Assembly: GCA_022605425.2 (NCBI GenBank)
Contig: JAKIMF020000011.1
Span: 806,001-870,000, forward strand
Source: Hamiltosporidium tvaerminnensis FI-OER-3-3
Taxonomy: Eukaryota; Fungi; Microsporidia
Direction of reading: 5' to 3'
DNA: 64,000 nucleotides
The notes beneath the pieces are model-generated. The model searched no databases. It had not been told where the DNA came from and saw nothing but the letters and a program-made list of their open reading frames with translations. Of this stretch, positions 39,360-51,900 are shown in pieces. A program made the position numbers and the translations under genes. Position 1 is the stretch's first letter; the number at the start of each line of letters is the position of its first letter.

Positions 39360-41814
39360 TTAAATAAAAAGGTAAATTAACTATATTTTAATAATTTATA
39401 TTTTGTAATATTTTTAAATAAACCAATACATTATTTAGTCTCAAAGAGTATTTATATGTTAGTTAAACTTATAACAAAGTAAAGTATTTTATTTATAATT
39501 TGGTACAAACTGATAACAGAAGTAAAGTGGTTTATTTAAATTTTAGTATAAACAGTGTTAAGAAGTAAAATGTTTTATTTAAATTTTAGTACAAACTGAT
39601 AACAGAGGTAAAGTATTTTATTCAAATTTTAGTACAAATTGATAACAGAAGTAAAGTATTTATACATCAATAAGATAATCTACAAATATAAGTTAAACTG
39701 TAAAAATAAAATTTATATCAAATTAGACATAACTTGTATATAAATTTATATTCATAGGACTTACTTTATAATTGTAATAATTTATTTTTTTAATTTAATC
39801 TTTAATTGAAATAAACAATTTTATAAATATTTTTCTTCAGTATATATTTACATATCTATCGCATAACACATAAATTATTACATTATCCTAAATATCTTGT
39901 AATAAATAGTGATATAACTATAAATTATCTTTATTTCATCTTTAATTTCATCTTTAATACATCTTTAACTAATATTTTATGAATTATTTATATTTTTCTT
40001 ATCAAATATCTTTAATATTCTATCAAATATTATTTTAGTTTGAGTCTTCCTATTTACATATTTTATTAACGTTATATATCCTTTATAATATATCTTATTA
40101 AATATTAGATAAATTAAAAATACATATAAGTTAATAATACTGTATTGTAAAGAGAATATATAGAATACATAATCAAATAAGACTATAAAACAAGAGTATC
40201 AAAGCAGTAAATACTATCAAATAATACTTTAGAATACTATTCGAATACTATTAGAATATTAGAATATTAGAATATTAGAATACTAGAATATTATAAAGAT
40301 AAAGATAATTTAAACAATACATACTAAGATACTAGTTAGATACAGATTGAGATAATGTGATTAATATAATGTTTATTAACTGATTCCAAGTAATACTTAT
40401 ACCCAATACATATTTAAATACGTCTGTAACAAAAGTAAGATGAATGAAACACTACATCAGCAACGAATAAGTAAATATTTTAACAAATTGAAACGTATTA
40501 GAAACAAAACAGTAAGAATTTTTAAGTGAATAAGCAATCAAATATGAAACTGTATGTATTAAACAAAATATAAATATTGTAGCGGTTTATACATTGTGGT
40601 CAGATAAGAGTAAAAGAGTATCTCCTATGACCACGGGGAATACCTTTTGGCGGAGGTAGGGATTGTAATAGAAGGGAGTGTTTTTTCTTGTGTAATGGCT
40701 TTTTAGGGAATAAGGCGGAAAAAGGGAAGTGTAAGCCACTATAATTTTTAAGTAAAGTAATGTCGTACATCAATTCTTTTTATAGTAGATTTAGTAGTTC
40801 TTATTATTGTTCTTATTCTTATTATAATTCTTAATATTATAGATATTATCGTTTTTATAGTTTTTATAGTTTTTTAGAATAATATTCTCAATTATTCTTT
40901 TCAGTTATATTTAGCTTATCTTTCTATGTACATTTAATAAATAAAACATTTGTAAGACAAATATAATAATCTATAAGAATATATGAAAATAACAGACAAT
41001 TAAAAAGAAAATAAAGAACAGTAGATCAAACACTCGCAAAACAATATAAAAACAATTAAAACAATATAAAGAATAAAGAATATAGGAAATCAAGAATATA
41101 AAGAATATAAGACATAAAGACATAAAGGATATAAGAATATAAGAATATAAGACATAAAGAATATAAGGATATAAGAATTAAAAACATTTTATTATTTCTT
41201 GCTAAAAGATTGAAAAAGTTCGGATTTAAAAGGTGAAGAACTATAATTATTATCTTTAATATCTTTCCATTCTTCTTCTAAAATAGAATCTTCTTTCTTT
41301 TCCGATTCTAAATACTTTTTTAATTTTGTTTGTTCTTTAGTTTGTAATACTTTTTGTTTTATAAATCTTTTTTTCATTCTACGTTTTTTTTTAATGGGAT
41401 TTTTTTTCTTTTTCCTTGGTAATACTTTCTTTTATAAGAAATTTAATTTTATTACCCTTGTGAATACATATGAGATTAACAGAGTTGACCTACTTCTAAT
41501 ATTTATTATTCTTGATATTTGTTATTATTTATTCTTTTCCCAATAGTATAATTCAATTTTTACCATTCTAATTGTATATTCTGATATTTGTTTTTCTAAT
41601 AGTATATTCTGATATTTATTATTTGGTATGGAAATGATTATTATTGGCATTTATTTGTTTTATCAAACTAGTATAACGACTAAAAAAAATATTTTATTGA
41701 AGTAAGTATGAAATTACATAAAGACATGATTATAACCATAGTTCTCTGTTTTAAGGAATATGGTCTTAAGAATAAATATATAATTAAGCTTATGTGGAGA
41801 TAGAGAAAATATTT

Positions 41815-42300
41815 TACGAGTTGAAAGACTTTGTCGCACTAGATTAAACGCAATTTTTCTTTTAGAGTATATGTAAATAAGATCTTGTATACATTGACAT
41901 ACTGTAATTTAATTAACTGGGGGAACGCGTTAACCAATTATATGACTTATTTCATAAATAACGATATTATACAATCTCATAAGGTATATATTATATATTA
42001 ATGCCTTTTATAATCTTTAACGGATTGAGAAACAAATAATATCGGATATTTGTCGAGTTGAGAAGCGAAAATATAAAAATAACAACCAATAGAGCAGCAA
42101 TTAAAAAGTTAAATTTTTTCTAAAACAATCTTCAAATTAAAAGATTATTTCAAGTTAAATAACTGATTTTGAGATATTATAAAGAAATATTATACTTTAC
42201 TAGTTTTCTTATAAATAGGAAGTCAAATTATAAATTTACATTTAAACGTAAAAGAAGCACAAATAATTCATTCTAGTGATATTTGATTATATAGATTACT
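41815..42300 (+). mobile_element. Short degenerate fragment of the RLE-type non-LTR family
   Basis: GAGTTGAAAGACTTTGTCGCACTAGATTAAACGCAA (~41818-41853) matches ~21828-21863; similarity downstream is weaker. Confidence 0.45.
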
Positions 42301-42312
42301 TTACATTAGTGT

Positions 42313-42530
42313 GCGAGGGAGGATAATCACATTAAAATTATCTGCTTGTATATTAGGGCCTATAATTGTTCGAAAATCGTTGTTGCGGTTTGGGTGGGAT
42401 ATAAAACACGCTGGATCTAATAGTAAATCCCCTATAATCCCCGAGTTACACCGATTAAAAGAAACGAATAGGAACTTTTCTTTTGTTCCTATTCGACACT
42501 GAGAAGTAAAAGAAGACAGGAATAAACAAA
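42313..42530 (+). repeat. Short variant B: conserved head plus alternative body
   Basis: Head GAGGGAGGATAATCACAT..TCTGCTTG..GTTGTT..GGTGGGA, followed by the body shared with 13960-14060. Confidence 0.7.
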
Positions 42531-44123
42531 TTTTTACTTTATATTAGTAATTTATAATATTAGCGTATTTTTTTTGTTAAACCAGAAGAAATATGTTTCG
42601 AAATTAAAAAAACAATAATAAACACATAATTTTTTAAAAAAGTCATTGTATAGTTAGTTATCTACATTTTATAAATATATTTACTAGTTGTTATACTAGA
42701 ATAGACAAAAAAATCTGTTTTAATCATTATTTGTTTTTATTAAATATAAATCTAAGTCTAAAAAACACAGTAAAAAACTTACTGATCGTTGTAATTTTTA
42801 TAAATTTGTATTAAAAAATAAAATTAAAAAATTTCTTGTTTCATAGTTTGAATAAAAAATTAAACATTATGAAAAGTGGTATTCCGTCTTAAATACCTCC
42901 ATTCGCTTAAATAAATACAAATATCTTAAAAATATGCTATGTTTCAATTCTAAAGTTAGTGTTATAATATCTTTATCTAATTAAAGAATTACTTTACTAC
43001 CAAACACCATAAAATGTATCTTAGAACCACTAATTAATTCTATTATATAAGAATCAAACGTTAAAAAATTCCTTAAAATGTATCGTATAACCACTAATTA
43101 CTTGTATTAATATATTCATATATACAGTAAACAGCACACAAAGAAACAATATAAATTTTATATAATAACATTAAAGAATTTCTGAAATAATAATTTATAG
43201 AAAGAGTTATAATAAAATATACAAATATATCATAATTAGACCGAGGACACAAAAAAAATATATATTTCTTATATCTCTACGGTCAAGTGAAAAATATATT
43301 TTTAAGTTAAAATCAAAGTATTTGTTCTATTTATCAATAAAGAGATAAAAGAAAGTAATGTTTCTATACATAGGAATTACCAAAGATAAACACACACTGA
43401 AAAAATAATAAAGTTTCTTATAGATATTAAATTCTATAATAAAATAGTTTAAAATACATTAAACCTCTTATATATTAACCTCTTATATATTAACCTCTAT
43501 ATATATTAACCTCTTATATAATATCCTCTTATATATTGAATTAACGATAATAGGTGTTCCAATAATGAAATTGTTTTGAAAAATATTTTGTTTACTGCTA
43601 ATAAACAACGATATCGTCCAACTATAAATTTACTTAAAATTTCCAATTTTCTTTTAATATATCAGAAACAAAGTATAAACAAATTAAAAACGTATCATTG
43701 TATTATTGATAGATTAAAAGATTAATTAGAAACAGAAAATATTTTATGAGATTAATTAAAAACAAATCAATTTAACCATTAATTATTACCAAATCATTTT
43801 AAAAATTTGTTACCAAATGGATTTATATGAGATAAATTAATTTGTTATTAATTTAAATTAAATCATAAGATCGAAACAAAATTTAAATGAGATAAATTAA
43901 TAGCAAATTATTTAAATTAAATCATAAAATCGAAACAAAATTTATATGAGATAAATTAACAACAAAACAATTTGAATTTATTTGGAAATAAAGAGTCTAA
44001 ATGAGATAAATTAATAAATCTTTAAATGATATATCAAAGTATTTAGAAACCAAATAAAAATCAAGAGATAAAAAATGATGTAACAAATTAAATATAAAAT
44101 AAAAAAAAATAATACAAACCAAC

Positions 44124-44675
44124 ATGAAAGCAGTCAGACACCAAAACACTATACCCCACTCATTCTCTTTATCTTTCACACTTCCATTTCTTCTTCTCCT
44201 ATTACAACTACACAATTCTACTCCACTTCTTTTCTCTGAAGGTGTTTATATAAAGATGCACAACACAGAAGACTACATATATCTACACCAAGGATATCCA
44301 ATAAAACTTGGTTCGAAAGCAACAGCAACAAAATTTAAACTATTACCCGTCATAGGTTCAATAACAGACACCAAAATTGCAATATTTAACCATCCAGAAA
44401 CAGTAATAGAATTTGATGAACCAAAAGACATACTACCCAACCACGTAGATATACACACATCACAAGATTTTATGATAGTACGTGACCATACAGGTGCAGA
44501 ACGTATAGTAAGTGGTGATATGTGTGTAGAATATGATATTAATACAGGCTATTTCTTTAAAAATACGTGTCAAAATATTCAGACGCAATTGTTTGATTTT
44601 ATAAATGATGTTTTTTATGAGAGTAGAGGTATTTTTAAGCGACCGTTCGGTAATCGATTTGCTATATTTAATTAA
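44124..44675 (+). CDS. Ricin-B lectin-like protein, divergent paralogue
   Basis: Hydrophobic signal FTLPFLLLLLQL; VYIKMHNTEDYI (cf. AYIKMYGTDKYI), DHTGAERIVSGDMCVEY and C..IQTQLFD align with the 38829 gene. Confidence 0.75.
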   Translation: MKAVRHQNTIPHSFSLSFTLPFLLLLLQLHNSTPLLFSEGVYIKMHNTEDYIYLHQGYPIKLGSKATATKFKLLPVIGSITDTKIAIFNHPETVIEFDEPKDILPNHVDIHTSQDFMIVRDHTGAERIVSGDMCVEYDINTGYFFKNTCQNIQTQLFDFINDVFYESRGIFKRPFGNRFAIFN

Positions 44676-44799
44676 AGCTGTAAAAACTTAAAATTTCACA
44701 AGAGATATTTACATAATATGTTCTAATTATAGATTTCTTTGTATATTATGTTCTTCATTACTTAGTATAGAGTTTTTTTGTATAAAGAGATACTTATTA

Positions 44800-44980
44800 T
44801 AGATTTCTTATACAATTAGATCTTTATACTGTTTAAAGTGATACTTAAAACATATTTAGATTCTTATACAATTAGATCCTTATACTGTATAAAGTGATAC
44901 TTAAAACATATTTAGATTCTTATACAATTAGATCCTTATACTGTATAAAGAGATACTTAAAACATATTTAGATTCTTATA
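44800..44980. repeat. Tandem repeat, ~56-bp unit, about 3 copies
   Basis: TTAGATTCTTATACAATTAGATCCTTATACTGTATAAAGTGATACTTAAAACATAT is repeated. Confidence 0.85.
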
Positions 44981-45613
44981 ACTTTTAATATATTTTATTA
45001 TTACCAGTACCGTTACTAACACTCTATAAATCACTACCACTTATATTAAAAACCTTAATAAAGTATATTTACTCTTCTTAATAATTCAATACCACATAAT
45101 ATTATATAACTAACATATTGATTCATATTAAACTTCTTATAATACAATACCACATAATATTATACAACCAAAATACAAAGAAGTATTTCTTCATTTCTAA
45201 TTATTAATATATAACAATAATGTTTTATAAAGAATATTAAAAATAGCATATAATGACAAATGTATTATCAATAGTACTAAACAATAGCATTCAAAATAAT
45301 AAGAATCTTCCTATGACATACAATTCAATAACCTTAATAAATCTTTCCAAGTATTTATTGCCCTTTCAAACACCACATTTATTGATGTAAAATAAGACTT
45401 TTTAAAATATATTTATTTATTTACAAATAACAACTTAAATTTTTATACTAAGAATACTAAGAATACTTATAAATTAAACTCAAATTTTATTAAATTACCA
45501 ATAAATATTTCAAGTAAATTATTCTAATAAATACAACAAATAAATAATGTAATACTGATAACCAATCGAATAATGAATACTAATAAATATTAATATAAGA
45601 AAGAACGTAATGA

Positions 45614-46326
45614 TGGAGTGAGGATAACCACATAATAAACTTTCTGCTTGGCAATGAGTGTGTGAAACTGGTGTGGGGTCATTGTTTAGATTTTTGGTGG
45701 GAATACAACCTCACTACATCTTCGGTTGTTCCATGGGAGTTGTTATGAGGAGGAAAGGTCTAAGAAATGGAGAAACTTTTTCTACAAATCTATTTGTAGT
45801 TTTTTATGTAACCAGATTGCAGACCGCAGTTGAACATGTAGGTAATCGCCATGTAAAAGCATGGAAACATAGCCTTGCTAACTCGGGTTAGAAGACTTAG
45901 CGCCTGGGAGATATCAAAATTAAAACCATTAAAAGCCGCGAGAGCTAAGTAGCAGGCTATACCTGTTGGTATGACATTGCACTGTCTAGGTGAACCCTAA
46001 GTAAGTCTCTGGAATATACCTAGCTATAAGTTTATTGAGTTCAGAAAATGTAGAGTAAGTGGGAATGCTGCATAGTATTGGGGGGTGCCTATGGAAGGCT
46101 TCGTCCTTCGATCACACTCCATGCAACGGACATTAACGAACTCCGCGCAACTGCCTCGCCTATTAATTAGGTTCTACACACCTGTTAGATGAAAATATAA
46201 GTAAGATAGGTATCGCAGGGGGTAATGATTAAATGTTAAGAAATAGTCATTTATGTTAAACCTAGAACTGCGTTAATGTCATAAAAACAAATATAACACT
46301 TAACACATTTTTAAAAAGATGTGATA
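45614..46326 (+). mobile_element. ~720-bp dispersed element, copy 4
   Basis: Near-full-length match to copy 1; contains the same 77-codon non-ATG ORF (45658-45891). Confidence 0.85.
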
Positions 46327-46403
46327 CCTCCAAACGAAGTTTTTATTATATAAATATCATAAAATAACACCTACTTTATAATAACAAAGGTAATAATAAA
46401 AAT

Positions 46404-47045
46404 TATATCTATTACTTCCTATTCCTTATAATTAATATCTATTACTTCCTATTCTTTATAATTAATATCTATTACTTCTTATTCCTTATAATTAATATCT
46501 ATTACTTCCTATTCCTTATAAGTAATATCTATTACTTCTTATTCCTTATAATTAATATCTATTACTTCCTATTCCTTATAATTAATATCTATTACTTCTT
46601 ATTCCTTATAAGTAATATCTATTACTTCCTATTCCTTATAAGACCCTCAAACCTATAAAATTATTCTATCCATTATCTTTTATATTATAACACTCTCTTA
46701 TCACTAGCTGTTACTGATATAAGATATTGAAACATCACTAAACAGTTTTAAATCAAACTATAAGTTATCAGTGTGTTATATTTACTTACTAATAGCTAGT
46801 ATTACCTACTATTACTTACTATATCTAATTCTTACTATTAATACCTACTATTACTTATTCTTACTTCTAATACCTAAACCTCTATTAAACCCTATTACCT
46901 ATTAAACCCTATTACCTATTAAACACTATTACCTATTAAACCCTATTACCTATTAAACCCTATTACCTATTAAACCCTATTACCTATTAAACCCTATTAC
47001 CCATTAAACCTTATTACCCATTAAACCCTATTAAACCCTATAACC
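46404..47045. repeat. C-rich minisatellites: 30-bp unit x about 8 (46404-46640) and 17-bp CTATTAAACCCTATTAC x about 9 (46882-47045)
   Basis: Direct reading of the tandem units upstream of the 47220 gene. Confidence 0.9.
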
Positions 47046-47219
47046 TGTTATCAATAAATCTAATCTAAAACACCAATACCAACACATTATCCACATACTA
47101 AAACACCAATACACCACACACCACACACACACCCATACACACACCTATATCATAATTACTTCTAAAACTTTTAAAGTTTTACTAAAAATATAAAAGAAAA
47201 AATAAAAATATTTTTTTAA

Positions 47220-47906
47220 ATGTTTCTATTTCTACTAATAACGAATATATTTTGTACAAAATACTTAATAAAACTGAAAGATACAGATTTATATTTAACA
47301 AGTACAGACAATAAAAATATGAGTGTTGGTAGTAAGACAGAAGGTAAGAAAGTAGAATTTAAGAAGAGTACAGGTAAATACAATGAAATATTGATAAGTG
47401 ATAGTGATAATACTAATAACGTATTTGATTTAGAAGGAGGAGCAGGTAAACTTATATTATATCCTATGCATGGTGGTACTAACCAGAGGTTTACAATTAC
47501 TAAGGATTATACTGGATTGTTTAGAATATTTAGTTCTACACAGAAATGTCTGGAGTATACTGAGAGTAGTAATACACTTAATATGAATAGTTGTAGTGAT
47601 AATAAGAATCAGTTGTATGAGTTGATAGGGGAAGAAGGAGAAGGAGGGTGTAATTGTGATAAGATGAATGATATTTTAGAGAATTATGGAGAGAGACTGC
47701 ATAGTATACAGTCACAGGTAGGAGCTACACATGATTTAGTATCTGGTATGTCTATATCTAGGAGTATAGGGTTACCACCTAGTGAGATAAGTGGAGTAGG
47801 GGGTATGGGTAGTTTAACAGGTGGTCTAAGTAATGGTGTAACAGGTGGTAGTTATAGTATGAGTAGAGGGTATGGATCACCTTATCACCCAACACTACTA
47901 CCGTAA
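47220..47906 (+). CDS. Secreted ricin-B lectin-like protein with a Gly/Ser-rich tail
   Basis: Signal MFLFLLITNIFC; VFDLEG..KLILYPMHGGTNQRF; KCLEY..C..NKNQLY; low-complexity G/S C-terminus. Confidence 0.82.
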   Translation: MFLFLLITNIFCTKYLIKLKDTDLYLTSTDNKNMSVGSKTEGKKVEFKKSTGKYNEILISDSDNTNNVFDLEGGAGKLILYPMHGGTNQRFTITKDYTGLFRIFSSTQKCLEYTESSNTLNMNSCSDNKNQLYELIGEEGEGGCNCDKMNDILENYGERLHSIQSQVGATHDLVSGMSISRSIGLPPSEISGVGGMGSLTGGLSNGVTGGSYSMSRGYGSPYHPTLLP

Positions 47907-48970
47907 GTAAATAAAGTATGTTAGTGTATAAGTATAATAATGTATTAGTGTTAGAGGGTGTTAAGTATTATTAGTAGTGTTAGAGGGTGTTAAGTATTAG
48001 TATTAGTGTTAGAGGGTGTTAAGTATTAGTATTAGTGTTAGAGGGTGTTAGTGATAATAAAGGGGTGTTTATAAGGGTGTTAAGTATTAGTAGTAGTATA
48101 GGGGTGTTAAGTATTAGTATTAGTGTTAGAGGGTGTTAATATAGAAGTAGTGTTAGAGGGTGTTAGTAATAGTAGTAGTGTTATACCCTCTTATATACTC
48201 TATTATATTTAACACCCTCTAAAATACCTTATCTATCACTAATACTCTTTCAAATACTCTATTATGTTATTAGCACCCTCTTAAATCTTCTTATAATTAA
48301 CACCCTCTTAAATACACCTACTATTACTAACACCTTCTTATATACTCTTTATGTTTAACACCCTCTATAATACCCCTACTATTACTAACACTCTCTATAA
48401 TACCCCTACTATTACTAACACCCTCTTATATACTCTTTATGTTTAACACTCTCTATAATACCCCTACTATTACTAACACCCTCTTATAGTACTAACCTTA
48501 TGTTTAACACTCTCTATAATACCCCTACTATTACTAACACCCTCTTATATTACTAACCTTATGTTTAACACCCTCTTATATACTCTATTATATTTAAAAC
48601 CCTTTTAAATACTCTATTATATTTAACACCCTCTTATATTACTAACCTTATGTTTAACACCCTCTTATATACTCTATTATATTTAAAACCCTTTTAAATA
48701 CTCTTATTAATAACACTTTCTTATATATTGGTAATTGTGTTTAACACCCTCTTATTTCTCTTATCCCTCACCTTAACCCTTATTTTTAAAATATTACCCT
48801 TACCATTCCTCGAACCCTCTCCTCCCTCCCTTCCTTCCTTCATTAACCCTTCCTCACCTTAACCCTTATTTTTAAAATATTACCCTTACCATTCCTCGAA
48901 CCCTCTCCTCCTCTCCTCACCCTAATCCCTTCATTATAAATATTTCCTTAATCCACCCCTCCCCTTATAA
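47907..48970. repeat. Bipartite minisatellite spacer: AGAGGGTGTTA units (47940-48182) abutting TAACACCCTCT units (48183-48750), plus an 86-bp duplication at 48766-48912
   Basis: Direct reading; the two halves are built from reverse-complementary motifs with a sharp switch at about 48182. Confidence 0.9.
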
Positions 48971-48972
48971 AA

Positions 48973-51900
48973 ATGCAACTAAAAAACTTCCCACTTCCCA
49001 GACAAACCTCAAATAAACCATCCCCACTAAAAATAAAAGCAAACCTTTTCCCAATAAAACTACCACCCACACTTATACACCACTACACCATAACATTTGA
49101 ACCACCACTACACAAATCACTAACACACCATATATTTACTACAATTGTAATTAATAATCCTTCTTTATTTCCTACTCCTCTAGCATATGATAGTAATTCT
49201 ATTCTTATTACAGCTAATGAATTACCTTTTAAAGATAAAACCATTGATTTTATTTATAAAAAGAAAGATACTAATAAACTTATAATAACACATAAACATA
49301 CAATAAGCCTAAAGGATATAGGGTTAGGGTTAGATAACAGTAGTAAGGATATGTTAGATAACAGTAGTAAGGATATGTTTGATAACAAGGATAGTAAGGA
49401 TATGTTAGATAACAGTAGTAAGGATATGTTAGATAACAGTAGTAATAACAACAATACAAATACTAATACAAACACTTCACTCGCTGTTCAGGCCTTTGAG
49501 ATTATCTCTAGACAACACCAATTACTTACTTTTATAAGTGAAGGTAGAAAAACTTATTCTTCTAAATTTAACACTATACTTTCTAAAGGATTACAAGTAT
49601 TTACAGGTATAACACATTCTCTTAAATTAACACTTAAAGGACCTCTTCTTAATGTAGATACAGCTTTCTCTGTTTTCTTTGAAGAAATAAGTCTTTTAAG
49701 TTTTATTGTTAAGACATTATCAGGTAGAAGAAGTGATAAAGGTAATAAGTATGGAAAGAGATATGAAGGTAAGAAGATAAAGGGTGATAGTAGAGAAGGA
49801 GATGGTAAAGAAGGGGGTGTTGATATACAGCTTAGTAGAGAGGATGAGAATTGTCTTTATAATATAACACCTAATACTTTTAAAGAAGTAGCACGTGTAT
49901 TAAAAGGTGTTAAGATGACAACTACTCATAGAGAAAGAAATTTTAGTTTTAAGATTTGTGATATAACCCTAACACCAGCAAGTGAGACATTCTTTGAGAT
50001 TAGGGATAATGGAGGTAATGATAATGGTGGTAATGTAGGTAACGGAGGTAATGATAATAGTGGTAATGAGATAAATAACAATAACAACAATGTGATAAAT
50101 AACAATGAGATAAATAACAATAACAATAACAATACCACCAACCCTCCCACTAACAACAATACCACTAACAACAATACCACTAACAACAATACCACCAATA
50201 ACACTAATACTAAACACTCAGTTGCTGATTACTTTGCTTCAACTTATTCTACTCTTAAATACCCTTTTCTTCCTTGTGTTGTTATTAAGAAAAGAGATAA
50301 AGTATTATATTTACCTATTGAAGTAGTAAGGATATGTAGTAATCAAAAGTATATTCGTAAGTTAGATGAGAGTCAAACTAGTGAAATGATAAAGATAGCA
50401 GCATTACCACCTAATATAAGATTCTCTATAATTAAAGAGAGAATAGAGGATATGAATATCTTTAATAATAAAATTATTAAAGATTTTAATATTTATTATG
50501 GTAAAGACTTTGTAGAAGTAAAAGGTAGACAATTAAGAGTACCTGATATACAATTTGGAAATAAAATAAATAACCCGGTTAGAGGGTCTTGGAATTTAAA
50601 AGGATTTACTGCTGTCAAACCTATTAATATAAATGAATGGGCAGTACTATTATTAACAGATGAAGAAGTAAGAGATATAAATATATATATAGATAATCTT
50701 ATTAGAATATGTAATAGTTTTGGTGTTAAACTTAATAAAAATTATAATATAATAACATGTGATAGTCCTAAGAAATATATGGAAATACTTTCTACTGGTA
50801 AATATAAATTTTGTATTGTTGTTTTAAAAGATAGGAATAGTTCTGTATATGGAGGTGTTAAGAAAATAGCAGAGACTGTATATTGTGTTGTTACACAGTG
50901 TATTAGAAGGGTTAATTTAGAGAAATGTATGGATCCTACTTTTTGTAGTAATATAGCTATTAAGATAAATGCTAAGTTAGGGGGTATTAACTATAAGCTA
51001 AGCAGTGTGGGTGGTGGTAGTGGTAGTGGTGGTTATGGAGGTAGTAGTGGTTATGGAGGTAGTAGGGGTAGTTATAACAATAGTTATAGGGATGGTAATA
51101 ACAATAGTAATACTAATAGTAATAACAATAGTAATACTATAAATAACATATCAACCATTACTTCTATTACCTCCTTGTTTAAGGGTGATACAATTGTATT
51201 TGGTGCTGATGTTAGTCATCCTGGTATAGGAGATTTAGAAAGTCCTAGTATAGTAGCAGTAGTAGCTAGTTTAGATACAGATTTAACATCTTATACTACA
51301 ATAATGAGAACACAAACAAGAAGACAAGAAATAATAGAAAATTTAAAAGAAATTGTAAGAGAAATACTTATTAGATTTAGAAGTAATAGTAGTGTTATTC
51401 CTAAGAGAATAATATTTTTTAGAGATGGTGTTGGTGAAAGTCAATTTTATAGTGTTTTTGAAAGTGAGATATGTAGTATTAAAGAGGCTTGTAAGAGTCT
51501 TGATAGTAAGTATGAACCAGAGGTTATATTTATAGTAGCACAGAAGAGACACTCAATACGCTTTATGATAGAGGATAGTAGTGGTGAGGATAGTGGTAAT
51601 AAGGGTGGTGATGGGGATAGAGGTTATAGTAGTAGTTATAAGGGTGATAGTAGTAACTATAAGGGTAATAGTAGTAGTTATAAGGATAACAAACCTGGTA
51701 ACTATAAGGGTAATTTCAAGCCTCGTTTCACTGGTAATGTATTACCTGGTACTTGTGTAGATGAAGTAGGTCACCCTTTATTCTTTGACTTTTACTTAGT
51801 AAGTCATTATGCATTACAAGGTACTGCTAGACCTGTTAGATATCAAGTATTATATGATGATAGTAAATTAGGTGTTGATTTATTACAAGAGTATATTCAT

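Noticed and set aside
41192-41440. Lys-rich minus-strand ORF
   Set aside because: Low-complexity A-rich sequence with an upstream in-frame stop and no recognisable domain.
49254-51552. Hydrophobic antisense ORFs within Argonaute (likewise 36949-37179, 43997-44215, 44273-44458 and 62531-62716)
   Set aside because: Shadows of sense-strand coding, often low-complexity, sequence.
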